DNA from: a virus
Length of the DNA: 64,000 nucleotides
IMG/VR virus record: IMGVR_UViG_3300027714_000009
Span: 1 to 64,000 of that record
Direction: 5' to 3' (one strand)
The notes under the pieces: model-generated
Database searches by the model: none
What the model saw: the letters and a program-made list of their open reading frames with translations, nothing else
What the model was told of the DNA's origin: nothing
Position numbers and translations under genes: made by a program
Shown: one piece after another, positions 55,760 through 64,000 of the stretch
How the letters are laid out: every line of letters begins with the position of its first letter
Position numbering within the stretch: position 1 is the first letter of the stretch

Positions 55760-57055
55760 TTACTTATTAAATGTCGCTATAAGAATCGTCTCACCATTAA
55801 TACGTCCATTCAGTTTTGTTTCTGTTGTTTTTAAGGAGTCAACTAACTTCTCTAACTTAGATCTAGTAGACTTCTTCATTTGTGGAAGCACTTCTGCAGG
55901 CTTACGTATTGTACGTTGTATACTCTTGTTCTCATCGTACCCAATAATAGTAGTTCCTTTAACACTAAGTCCACTACCTTCACGTTGTAGTCCCATTGGA
56001 TCTACATTGCTAGCATAGTAAATACCTAGCTTACGGTTGCGAGTGTTAAATACCACCAGCATTCGGGCGTAAACGATATCAGCTGGCAATATGCTTGCTA
56101 AACCATAATCGGGGTCGCTTTGCTTAAATTTGAGCTTCTTAACTAGGTCTTCTGGACTCTTAGTACGTACTTTACGTACTTTGCGATTCAATTTACCTTC
56201 TGCTTCACAAATATCACATGCACCTTCAATCTTTCTGTATATTGCAAGTGCCGCTTTTTGTTGAGCAGTTGACATGTGACTGTAACCTTCTTCAAGTTGT
56301 AAACGGTTGTCATCTTTGTCATCTTTAGATACTTTAGCATTAAGCTCTGCAAATTCTGCAACTGCATCAGCATAGTACTTACGAATAATTCTAGCATGTG
56401 CTGTTTTAACGCCTGCTTTTTTAAGCATAGCAGTTGGTTCAAAGTCTTTTGCCAGTGATGTATCATATCCACTGTTAAGCCATACGTCTAAGAAGTCTTC
56501 TACTTCACCTGTCATATCAATTGCGGCTCTGTGTAACAACTCTTGAATAGTAGGCTTGCGAGTATTTAATTCTAACCTAGCATCTAGTATTGCTTTCTCT
56601 TCTGCTTCTTTAACAAATGATGTTCCTTCGTCAATTGCATTAGCAATGCGTTTCTTAATGAAGTCACTAATTGGTTTAGGAGTTCCTGATGTACCAGCTA
56701 GCCCTTCCCAATATGCATTCCAAGCGAGATGCTCGTCTGGACAACCCATAGTAAGCATGCGACAGTAGTAACCTGTTACTGCACTTATTGATTGACTCTT
56801 CGCTGCCTTAACACATTTAATGTCTTGCTTAGTATATTCGTTAGCAAGCATCCAAGTGAATGCAAAGTCATGCAGATCACTTACTTTGTAATTTTGATAA
56901 TAATAATCCGTTGCGGCTTGACGTTTCTGATGAAACTCTTTACCTGACCAACCATCTGCACCATCCCAATTAGGATCCTGTAAAAGGTTTTTACGAATCT
57001 TTAAAGAAGTTGCTCTTGGCTTCTTCTTTTTTGTTAATTTTATTCCTACTGCCAT
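55760..57055 (-). CDS. conserved hypothetical protein
   Basis: 431-aa basic ORF with GGAG SD. Confidence 0.75.
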   Translation of the reverse strand: MAVGIKLTKKKKPRATSLKIRKNLLQDPNWDGADGWSGKEFHQKRQAATDYYYQNYKVSDLHDFAFTWMLANEYTKQDIKCVKAAKSQSISAVTGYYCRMLTMGCPDEHLAWNAYWEGLAGTSGTPKPISDFIKKRIANAIDEGTSFVKEAEEKAILDARLELNTRKPTIQELLHRAAIDMTGEVEDFLDVWLNSGYDTSLAKDFEPTAMLKKAGVKTAHARIIRKYYADAVAEFAELNAKVSKDDKDDNRLQLEEGYSHMSTAQQKAALAIYRKIEGACDICEAEGKLNRKVRKVRTKSPEDLVKKLKFKQSDPDYGLASILPADIVYARMLVVFNTRNRKLGIYYASNVDPMGLQREGSGLSVKGTTIIGYDENKSIQRTIRKPAEVLPQMKKSTRSKLEKLVDSLKTTETKLNGRINGETILIATFNK

Positions 57056-57056
57056 T

Positions 57057-57221
57057 TTATTCTCCGTGATAACTTTGAAACATTAGACGATCAATTTCGT
57101 CTGCTTTATTTTGGTACTTATCAATTAGTGAAGAAATCTGCTTGTTATCAACAAATCCTTTAGGATCTGCTGTTGATTGTAAATTTTGTAGTGCTTCGAT
57201 AAACTCTAAATGTTCTAACAA
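57057..57221 (-). CDS. small hypothetical protein (54 aa, MLEHLEFIEAL...)
   Basis: TTG start after AAGGAG; stop abuts the next ATG. Confidence 0.6.
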   Translation of the reverse strand: MLEHLEFIEALQNLQSTADPKGFVDNKQISSLIDKYQNKADEIDRLMFQSYHGE

Positions 57222-57258
57222 AAGTATTACTCCTTGATTGCAATTTGTTTATAGTGTA

Positions 57259-57621
57259 CTACGCTTCTACAGCGATGTCAACCTTTTCAAATCCAAAGTC
57301 TGCAACAACGTGCATAATTCCATTAGAATCTTGCACAACATCAGCAACACTAACACTATGCATTTCGTTTAAACGTTCAATATTTTCTTCCGGGCCCATG
57401 TTACCTATGTGAAATACACCTTCAAGTGTATCAGCAGTAATATTAGCAACATGTGAATAATAACCATCTAATATGGCTTTACCTGCTTTAGAAGCAATGC
57501 TTTTTGAAAACTGCATATCTAGCTTTGCTTTATGATGAGGAACTGCATCGTGTCCTTCTGCGTTAATTAGGTCAACATCTGCATCTGAGAGTTTAATTTG
57601 AAAAAGTTTAAAGTTTGCCAT
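57259..57621 (-). CDS. YodL-like domain protein
   Basis: LEGVF..GN, HSVSVADVV, V..FGF. Confidence 0.55.
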   Translation of the reverse strand: MANFKLFQIKLSDADVDLINAEGHDAVPHHKAKLDMQFSKSIASKAGKAILDGYYSHVANITADTLEGVFHIGNMGPEENIERLNEMHSVSVADVVQDSNGIMHVVADFGFEKVDIAVEA

Positions 57622-57649
57622 TTTGTAGTTCTCCTTTGTTTATAATACT

Positions 57650-57678
57650 ATTATAAGGTAAGACGTCTTGCTTGTCAA
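57650..57678 (-). promoter_or_regulatory. sigma70 promoter with palindromic spacer site
   Basis: TTGACA-N17-TATAAT; GtAAGAcgTCTTgC at 57658-57671. Confidence 0.9.
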
Positions 57679-57681
57679 CCA

Positions 57682-58035
57682 TTAAATGAATAAATTACTT
57701 TTCATTCCTCTTTTTTCTCTCCAAGCATTAACAATACGGTCACTCCAGCCTGGGTTGTTATTATCTAACACGATAGTTGGTGCAACTTCATGTCCGTTAC
57801 GTGCTTCAACATACTCTTCAACAGTAAAGTTGTTAACAAGTTCTTTCATAAACTTTGCTTTAGTAATTGGCGTTCCGGCATATTTAAAACGTGCAATAAA
57901 CAAGTCAATTCCACGACCAACATTACTTGGATGTACATTTTTACCTGCTTCGTAAACTGGCTGACCTTCATATGCACCTCTGTACATTAAGTATCCACCG
58001 TGGTAACTAAAATCTGCTTTATTAAACTGTGTCAT
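57682..58035 (-). CDS. hypothetical early protein
   Basis: true start MTQFNK at 58035 after ACGGAG; FIARFKY motif. Confidence 0.75.
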   Translation of the reverse strand: MTQFNKADFSYHGGYLMYRGAYEGQPVYEAGKNVHPSNVGRGIDLFIARFKYAGTPITKAKFMKELVNNFTVEEYVEARNGHEVAPTIVLDNNNPGWSDRIVNAWREKRGMKSNLFI

Positions 58036-58068
58036 ATTCAACTCCGTTTTTTTATTGTCTATACTTAT

Positions 58069-58097
58069 AGTATACAGTAAGAAGTCTTGGTTGTCAA
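58069..58097 (-). promoter_or_regulatory. sigma70 promoter with palindromic spacer site
   Basis: TTGACA-N17-TATACT; gtAAGAagTCTTgg at 58077-58090. Confidence 0.88.
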
Positions 58098-58110
58098 CCA
58101 GAACCGCCAT

Positions 58111-58137
58111 AAAAAAACCCTTGTATTTCAAAGGGTT
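58111..58137 (-). terminator. intrinsic terminator after the halogenase
   Basis: aaaaaaaccctt...aagggtt. Confidence 0.7.
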
Positions 58138-58155
58138 GTAAATTAATTTAATTTT

Positions 58156-59361
58156 TTATTCTGGATAGTGTTTAAAATCGTCAAAATATAGGCCTAATGA
58201 TGCCCATATTGCGTCTGGGTACAAACTTGTATACTTGTTTGAATTCTTTTTATAGCTTTCCCATAAAGTTTTACTTGCATCCAACTTACTGTAGTATTTC
58301 CAAAACTCTGTATCTGTGCGATTACTTAACATATAATGGTGTAATATGTAATCTGAGTTATCTTTTTGTACTTTCATTATTGCCTTGTTGTATGCTTTTG
58401 GTGGTGAACCTTTTAATATACATCTTACTAGTAGTGTGATACTGTATTGTACTAAAAATAATCCATTTGCTTCTAATGGATCAACAAACCCTTGACCAAG
58501 TCCAATTGATACTACATTATCTACCCAAGGGTTCTTCAGTACACCTGGAGTCCATTTAAGTAAACGTGGCTCTATTCCTTTAAATGGTGTTCTGTGAGCA
58601 GTCCATTTTTTAAACTTTTCTAACGCTTCTTCTTCGCTTACAAAATCAGTACTAAAAACATAACCAGTTCCTGTTCTATGTTGCAAGTCTACCATAAACT
58701 GCCAACCATCTGGTCTAGCGAATGTTTTTGTATATGGTATACTTTCGCCTTCTAGTTCTAACGGCCTAACCCAAGAACGATTAACTTTATGATGTTCACT
58801 AAATGTTTCTTCTGTTTTATCTTTGACAAACTGTCTACGAAATCCTGTAGCGTCTACATATAAATCATATCCTGGTGGAAGTTCTTCTAATGTATCAATA
58901 ACATGGTTAACACGTTTACAATGATCACGTACAACGTGTCCTGCAAGGTTAGCATCTAAATGATATGCTACTGCTCTCCATCCTTCTTTATCGTACAAGT
59001 CTGGATTTATATCATCTCTAACTTTTTTACCTTGCTTAAATTCTTTATACCAATCATTAAATAATGTTTTAGGTTCGTTTTGCCAAAAAGTCATTAAGTA
59101 TGGATCTGCACCTAATGCATCCCATTCGTATTTTATATTTCCATATTTGTGAACTGCATTACATCCGTCCATCCATTCTTTTTCTGGAATACCTAGTTCT
59201 TCAAAAAATGCACCTATTTGTGGAAGTGTTCCTTCTCCTACTCCTACAGTAGGAATTTCATCACTTTCTATAAGTGTTATTTCTGCATCAGGTAAAAACT
59301 TTTCCATGTAACCTGCACACCACCAGCCTGCTGTTCCACCGCCAATAATACATATTTTCAT
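58156..59361 (-). CDS. flavin-dependent (tryptophan-type) halogenase
   Basis: GGGTAG, VGVGEGT, CNAVHK (catalytic Lys position), DATG, GWQFMV, FVDPLEANG. Confidence 0.85.
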   Translation of the reverse strand: MKICIIGGGTAGWWCAGYMEKFLPDAEITLIESDEIPTVGVGEGTLPQIGAFFEELGIPEKEWMDGCNAVHKYGNIKYEWDALGADPYLMTFWQNEPKTLFNDWYKEFKQGKKVRDDINPDLYDKEGWRAVAYHLDANLAGHVVRDHCKRVNHVIDTLEELPPGYDLYVDATGFRRQFVKDKTEETFSEHHKVNRSWVRPLELEGESIPYTKTFARPDGWQFMVDLQHRTGTGYVFSTDFVSEEEALEKFKKWTAHRTPFKGIEPRLLKWTPGVLKNPWVDNVVSIGLGQGFVDPLEANGLFLVQYSITLLVRCILKGSPPKAYNKAIMKVQKDNSDYILHHYMLSNRTDTEFWKYYSKLDASKTLWESYKKNSNKYTSLYPDAIWASLGLYFDDFKHYPE

Positions 59362-59705
59362 CCGATATAATACCTTATGATTATAAACGAGCTAATACCA
59401 ATCCATAAACTATTGAATGCTACTAATGTAGGTAGTAGCTTTTGTTCGCTCACCCATATTAACAACGCTGAAGTCATTAATGTTATGAAATGTGCCCATA
59501 TAACTTCTTTTCCAAAAATTATAGCAGGAAGTATCACAAGTAGTTTAGCAGTCCATGCTGCTGCTTCAACTACATTGTATCTTTTTAGCCAATAACCTTT
59601 ACTAAACCATAAACAATAAGATTTATGTATTTCCTTGAAACCAACTTTGTTATAGACAACAAAAACAATTGTTGCCCATAATGTTAGTGTTAATATAGTT
59701 ACCAT
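59358..59705 (-). CDS. small multi-pass membrane protein
   Basis: about four hydrophobic segments; ATGA overlap with the halogenase. Confidence 0.7.
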   Translation of the reverse strand: MVTILTLTLWATIVFVVYNKVGFKEIHKSYCLWFSKGYWLKRYNVVEAAAWTAKLLVILPAIIFGKEVIWAHFITLMTSALLIWVSEQKLLPTLVAFNSLWIGISSFIIIRYYIG

Positions 59706-59709
59706 ACTA

Positions 59710-60684
59710 TTATTTATCCGCTTTTATTAGTCTTTCAAACTCTCTAAGTCTTTTATAAACACTTGCTAATTCAATAATTGTTGGCCATGCTTTTAACAAA
59801 TATTGCATCGAACCTTCAACTCTTCCAAATGCTCTTATAATTTGTTGCATAACACCTAATGTTACAACACCTGCTACAATAGCTGGAGCTAAGAAAACAT
59901 AAGCTGATAACACATTGGCTTGTAAATATGAAAGTCTACCTATATTAAAATATAAATATCTTATATAAGATTTAAAGTGAATTCCTCTAACATCTTGGAA
60001 TATTTCTTCAATTGTTTTAGGACGAATAGTATTATCATCTTCTGCAATGACAAGTATCTTTCTGTAAGCTGCTTCTTTCTTTTGTAAGTCATATTCGACT
60101 CCAACTAGACGCAACACCCATCCTAATGCTATTAAGAATATAGTTCCACCAACAGTCCATATTAATGCACCTGTTATTAATCCATATTGCCAATCACCAA
60201 AGAAGAATATTGGAATACCAGCTGATAATCCTAAAAGAATAGGAATAAACTGTATTAACACCATAACTGATTCAATAAAACTTGTACCAAGTGATTCCAT
60301 GATACGACTAAACTTAATTGTATCTTCTTGTACACGTTGAGCCGCACCTTCTATTGTACGAGCTTTATCGTATACGCTGTGATACCATTCTACCATTGCT
60401 GCTCGCCAACGGAACAGATAGTGTGCTGTAAAGTAACTGATAAGAACATATATTAAAACATAAATTGCGGCCAAGTAAAAGAAACTTGCTAAACTTGCCC
60501 AGTATTCACCAATAGTTATTGCATTTGGCTCGCCTAATGCTTTTTGTATCATATCATAAAATTGTCCAAACCATTCGTTAATTTTAACGTCAATTTGAAC
60601 TTGTATCCATAAAGAACTCAGGATAACAGCTGAACCCAGCCATGACCATAACTTCCAATGGGTTTCTGTAAAAAATCTAAACAT
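59710..60684 (-). CDS. sbmA: SbmA/BacA-like peptide transporter
   Basis: INEWFGQFYDMIQKAL, FRWR, IEGAAQRVQEDT, EAAYRK.LV.AED, ELASVYKRL..FE. Confidence 0.9.
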   Translation of the reverse strand: MFRFFTETHWKLWSWLGSAVILSSLWIQVQIDVKINEWFGQFYDMIQKALGEPNAITIGEYWASLASFFYLAAIYVLIYVLISYFTAHYLFRWRAAMVEWYHSVYDKARTIEGAAQRVQEDTIKFSRIMESLGTSFIESVMVLIQFIPILLGLSAGIPIFFFGDWQYGLITGALIWTVGGTIFLIALGWVLRLVGVEYDLQKKEAAYRKILVIAEDDNTIRPKTIEEIFQDVRGIHFKSYIRYLYFNIGRLSYLQANVLSAYVFLAPAIVAGVVTLGVMQQIIRAFGRVEGSMQYLLKAWPTIIELASVYKRLREFERLIKADK

Positions 60685-60727
60685 AAGTTTTCCTCTTATA
60701 AAATGTAGTTTTAACTACACACATAAC

Positions 60728-60764
60728 TATTTATATGTTTCTACGATACGAAATTGCATAAATA
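60728..60764. promoter_or_regulatory. back-to-back late promoters (TATAAATA on minus, TAAATA on plus)
   Basis: tatttata at 60728 and taaata at 60759 between divergent genes. Confidence 0.6.
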
Positions 60765-60785
60765 CAATATAACAAGGAAACCTAC

Positions 60786-61853
60786 ATGCCAAGATTAAGT
60801 TTATACAAACCATTTAAAGGTAACGACTATAAGTTTATGGATCATGCAATCCGTGAGCAATTCGACATAGGTGGTACCGGAATACACGTACACAAGTACT
60901 TAGGCCCAAACGTTAGAAGAGATAGTAACGACCCTAGTGAGCCTAACTACGGTAGTGGTTTAGAAGTTGACAATATAACTGGACAAGAAATAAATCCCGA
61001 AGGCAACATAGACGAAACAAAGATACAAGATCTATTGTTTATGGAAAACCGAGACAGGAAGTATGATCCAGATATTTTTGAATTACGTGGAGTATATAAT
61101 GTAAGTGACAACGACTTTGACTTAACCCAATTTGGCCTATTCTTAACAAACGATACACTTTTTATTAGTTTTCACATTAACGACATGGTTGAACGTATGG
61201 GTCGTAGACTTATGCCAGGAGATGTAATTGAATTACCTCATTTAAGAGATGAATTATTGCTTACTGCGGAACGTGAAGCTATTAACAAATTTTATGTAGT
61301 ACAAGATGCGGCAAGAGGCAGTGAAGGATATAGTCAAACATGGTATCCACACATTTGGCGTGTTAAAGTAGCACCACTTACAGATACACAAGAATACGCA
61401 GATATACTTGGTACTGCTAACGATCCAGACAGTTTAAAACAAGATTTAAGTAATTATAAAACAGAACTTAACATTAGTAATGCAATTGTAGCGGCTGCTG
61501 AAAACGCAGATCCATTAGGGCTTCCATTAGCAGAACATTTATTTGGACAAGAAGATAAAACTGATGAATATGTACATGGCGACACACTAGTACAAGGTGA
61601 TCAGTTTCCAGCTTTTCCAAATGATGGAGAATACTTTGTTAGAACTGATTTCCAACCAAATAGACTGTTTGTAAGACGTGGAAGTAAATGGCATAGATTA
61701 TATGACAATATTACTGGCCAAACTTGGAGTGATAGAACATACAATGCAAGTAGCTTTATTAACAATAATAAAACAACAGTAGTAGATGATAAAGAACAGC
61801 CAGAACGTCAGGCAATATCACAAGCTATTAAACCTAAGAGTGATTTTAAATAA
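60786..61853 (+). CDS. neck protein (gp14-like)
   Basis: DLLFMEN, LTQFGLF, MPGDVIELP; precedes the gp15-like gene. Confidence 0.7.
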   Translation: MPRLSLYKPFKGNDYKFMDHAIREQFDIGGTGIHVHKYLGPNVRRDSNDPSEPNYGSGLEVDNITGQEINPEGNIDETKIQDLLFMENRDRKYDPDIFELRGVYNVSDNDFDLTQFGLFLTNDTLFISFHINDMVERMGRRLMPGDVIELPHLRDELLLTAEREAINKFYVVQDAARGSEGYSQTWYPHIWRVKVAPLTDTQEYADILGTANDPDSLKQDLSNYKTELNISNAIVAAAENADPLGLPLAEHLFGQEDKTDEYVHGDTLVQGDQFPAFPNDGEYFVRTDFQPNRLFVRRGSKWHRLYDNITGQTWSDRTYNASSFINNNKTTVVDDKEQPERQAISQAIKPKSDFK

Positions 61854-63211
61854 TGGCACAACAATATTTTTATGATAAACAAATTCGTAGATACATTCAG
61901 CAATTTATAAGATTGTTTAGTGGCTTTAACGTTGAAATGGGAAAGAACGATCAGGACTTAGCTGTATTCCAACAAGTTCCTGTACGTTATGGTGACATTA
62001 ACAGAATGGCTGCCCACATAACAAGAGAGAACAGTGAAAACATTATTAATACTGTTCCATTTTTAAGTTGTTATGTAACTAGTTTAGACATGATGGCAGA
62101 TCGTAGAACATATCAAGATCATGTTGATAAGGTTCAAGTGTTTGAAAAGAAATATGACGACACTACAGGAGCATATACTAACGAAAAAGGTAACAGCTAC
62201 ACAGTTGAAAGACACGCACCCGTTCCTTACATGCTACAAATGAATACTGACATTTGGACATCTAACACAGATCAAAAATTACAGTTAATGGAACAAATAC
62301 TTGTATTGTTTAATCCTACATTAGATATTAGAACTAATAGCAGTGTAATAGATTGGACAGCACTAAGTCATGTAGAGTTAACTGGAACAACATGGAGTAC
62401 TAGAAGTGTTGGTTCTAGTATAGATGATATTATTGATGTTGCAACGTTAAGTTTTAACATACCAGTATACATTAATCCACCAGCTAAAGTAAAACAACAG
62501 AAATTAATTCACACTATTATCAGTGAACTTTATAACCTAGACGAAGACAACTTAGACTTGTTTAAGAACGAACAAGCATTCGACAAAAAGACGTTACAAT
62601 ACACAGTTGTAACATATGAAGATAGAAAAGTAAAGTATGAAGATGGCAATCTGCAATTACTAAATCAAAACGGATCTACATTAGACGACGATGGTATAAC
62701 TTTAGATTGGTCTAAAGAATTACTAGCATTTGGAGTTTTAAGACCCGGTATAAGTCAATTGCGACTTAGAAAAAGTACACAAGTATCTGATGTAACAGAA
62801 GATATTATTGGCAGATTAGACATACATCCATCAAATGTAAATCTATTAACAGTCGACATAGATGCAACAACATTACCTACTAATACATTAGGTACAGTTG
62901 ATGCTATATTAGATCCAGCGATTAACTTCCCTGGCGATGGTACTATGCCATCAGCAGCTACAGGCCAAAGGTATATCTTATTATCTGATTTACCGTCAAG
63001 CACTAATTGGGGCAATGTAGTAGCTGGTAAGTATGATATCATAGAGTATAATGGGTCAGCATGGATTGTAAGTTTTGATAGCTCTAACATTTCGGCAGTA
63101 AATTACGTAACTAACGTAGCAAGTAATGACCAATTAGAATGGAATGGCTCTGAATGGGTCAACAGCTATGAAGGAATTTATAATGCAGGCTACTGGCGAC
63201 TATATCTGTAA
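61853..63211 (+). CDS. tail sheath stabiliser/terminator (gp15-like) with C-terminal extension
   Basis: YFYDKQIRRY, VPVRYG, PVPY, EQILVLFNP. Confidence 0.82.
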   Translation: MAQQYFYDKQIRRYIQQFIRLFSGFNVEMGKNDQDLAVFQQVPVRYGDINRMAAHITRENSENIINTVPFLSCYVTSLDMMADRRTYQDHVDKVQVFEKKYDDTTGAYTNEKGNSYTVERHAPVPYMLQMNTDIWTSNTDQKLQLMEQILVLFNPTLDIRTNSSVIDWTALSHVELTGTTWSTRSVGSSIDDIIDVATLSFNIPVYINPPAKVKQQKLIHTIISELYNLDEDNLDLFKNEQAFDKKTLQYTVVTYEDRKVKYEDGNLQLLNQNGSTLDDDGITLDWSKELLAFGVLRPGISQLRLRKSTQVSDVTEDIIGRLDIHPSNVNLLTVDIDATTLPTNTLGTVDAILDPAINFPGDGTMPSAATGQRYILLSDLPSSTNWGNVVAGKYDIIEYNGSAWIVSFDSSNISAVNYVTNVASNDQLEWNGSEWVNSYEGIYNAGYWRLYL

Positions 63212-63260
63212 CACAGATGATCCATGCGACGATTGCACACATTGGATAGGCACACTATAA
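63183..63260 (+). CDS. candidate 25-aa Cys/Asp-rich peptide (MQATGDYICNTDDPCDDCTHWIGTL)
   Basis: AAGGA 7 nt upstream; TAA 1 nt before the NUDIX ATG; overlaps the gp15 end. Confidence 0.4.
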   Translation: MQATGDYICNTDDPCDDCTHWIGTL

Positions 63261-63261
63261 C

Positions 63262-63699
63262 ATGATAACAGCAAGCGGTTGCTTATTTTTAAGCACAGAC
63301 ACAGGCAGAGTTATGCTACAGCAAAGAAGTGGCGCTGTCAACCATCCTAGAACATGGGGCTTTTTTGGCGGCAAAGCTGAGGGTAAAGAAAGACCTGTTG
63401 AATGTTTAATGCGTGAGGTTGAAGAAGAATTAGGATTAGTTCCTGATGTTAAAAAAGTTATTCCAATTAACAAGTTTACAAGTCCTAATAAGAAATTTAT
63501 ATACCATACATTTGTAGTTACAGTAGAAGAAGAATTTCTTCCTATATTAAATAATGAAAGTGATGGTTATTGTTGGGTTAAAGTAGGTAATTGGCCTAGG
63601 CCGTTGCACCCTGGTGCTAAGATACAATGTAGTTCAAAACAGTTCATTAAAAAAATAAAAACTGTATACGAACAGCATACTACGCCGTTGGAAAAATAA
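63262..63699 (+). CDS. NUDIX hydrolase
   Basis: GGKAEGKERPVECLMREVEEELG Nudix box. Confidence 0.92.
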   Translation: MITASGCLFLSTDTGRVMLQQRSGAVNHPRTWGFFGGKAEGKERPVECLMREVEEELGLVPDVKKVIPINKFTSPNKKFIYHTFVVTVEEEFLPILNNESDGYCWVKVGNWPRPLHPGAKIQCSSKQFIKKIKTVYEQHTTPLEK

Positions 63700-64000
63700 T
63701 ACCCATTTCTTTTCTAGTAAACATTCTATCTAAAAATGCATTAAATACTTCTTCAGTATCATATTGATGAAGTTCGCTAAATTCAGGATCAACTTCAATA
63801 ATTTCTTCTATAGTTCTTATATTATATGTAAAGCCTAATGCAATTGCAGTTTCTTTCCAACCCGAATATCTTTTTAACTTAAAATGTTTTTTTATTTCAG
63901 CACATTCAATTTTAACTTGCTGTAGCATTTTTTCATCATTCTCGTACCAAGTGTACATCGGGTAATCAATGTCCCACCCGCCTACATGTTTCCACCATTT
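63680..64000 (-). CDS. hypothetical protein, 5' part outside the window
   Basis: frame stays open upstream of the called Met (KWWKHVGGWDIDYPMY...). Confidence 0.7.
   Translation of the reverse strand, partial: KWWKHVGGWDIDYPMYTWYENDEKMLQQVKIECAEIKKHFKLKRYSGWKETAIALGFTYNIRTIEEIIEVDPEFSELHQYDTEEVFNAFLDRMFTRKEMGIIFPTA

Noticed and set aside
58036-58131. N-terminal extension of ORF 57682-58131
   Set aside because: Runs through the promoter and terminator cassette

Overview
AT-rich segment of a large T4-related (jumbo-type) tailed myovirus genome, probably from a marine phage of a proteobacterial host (inference from the iscU, grxD, fpr and sbmA genes). Almost all genes lie on the minus strand. 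The window holds nrdA/nrdB/glutaredoxin, replication and recombination genes (helicase, primase, UvsW/X/Y, gp32-like SSB, and a very small DnaE-like polymerase core), packaging, neck and tail genes (terminase, gp4, sheath, tube, gp13/14/15, PAAR) and five tRNAs. It also carries an Fe-S/redox set, an SbmA-like transporter, a flavin-dependent halogenase, and many paralogous tailoring-type enzymes (2OG-Fe(II) oxygenases, SGNH, SAM-fold-like, P-loop/sulfotransferase-like). The non-coding sequence shows two promoter classes: sigma70-type TTGACA-N17-TAnnnT and T4-late-like TAAATA. Five sigma70 promoters carry a palindromic AAGA-NN-TCTT site in the same register of the spacer. Several genes appear leaderless, and a 74-nt hairpin RNA starts right after a late promoter. 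All product calls come from motif recognition by eye; no database searches were run.
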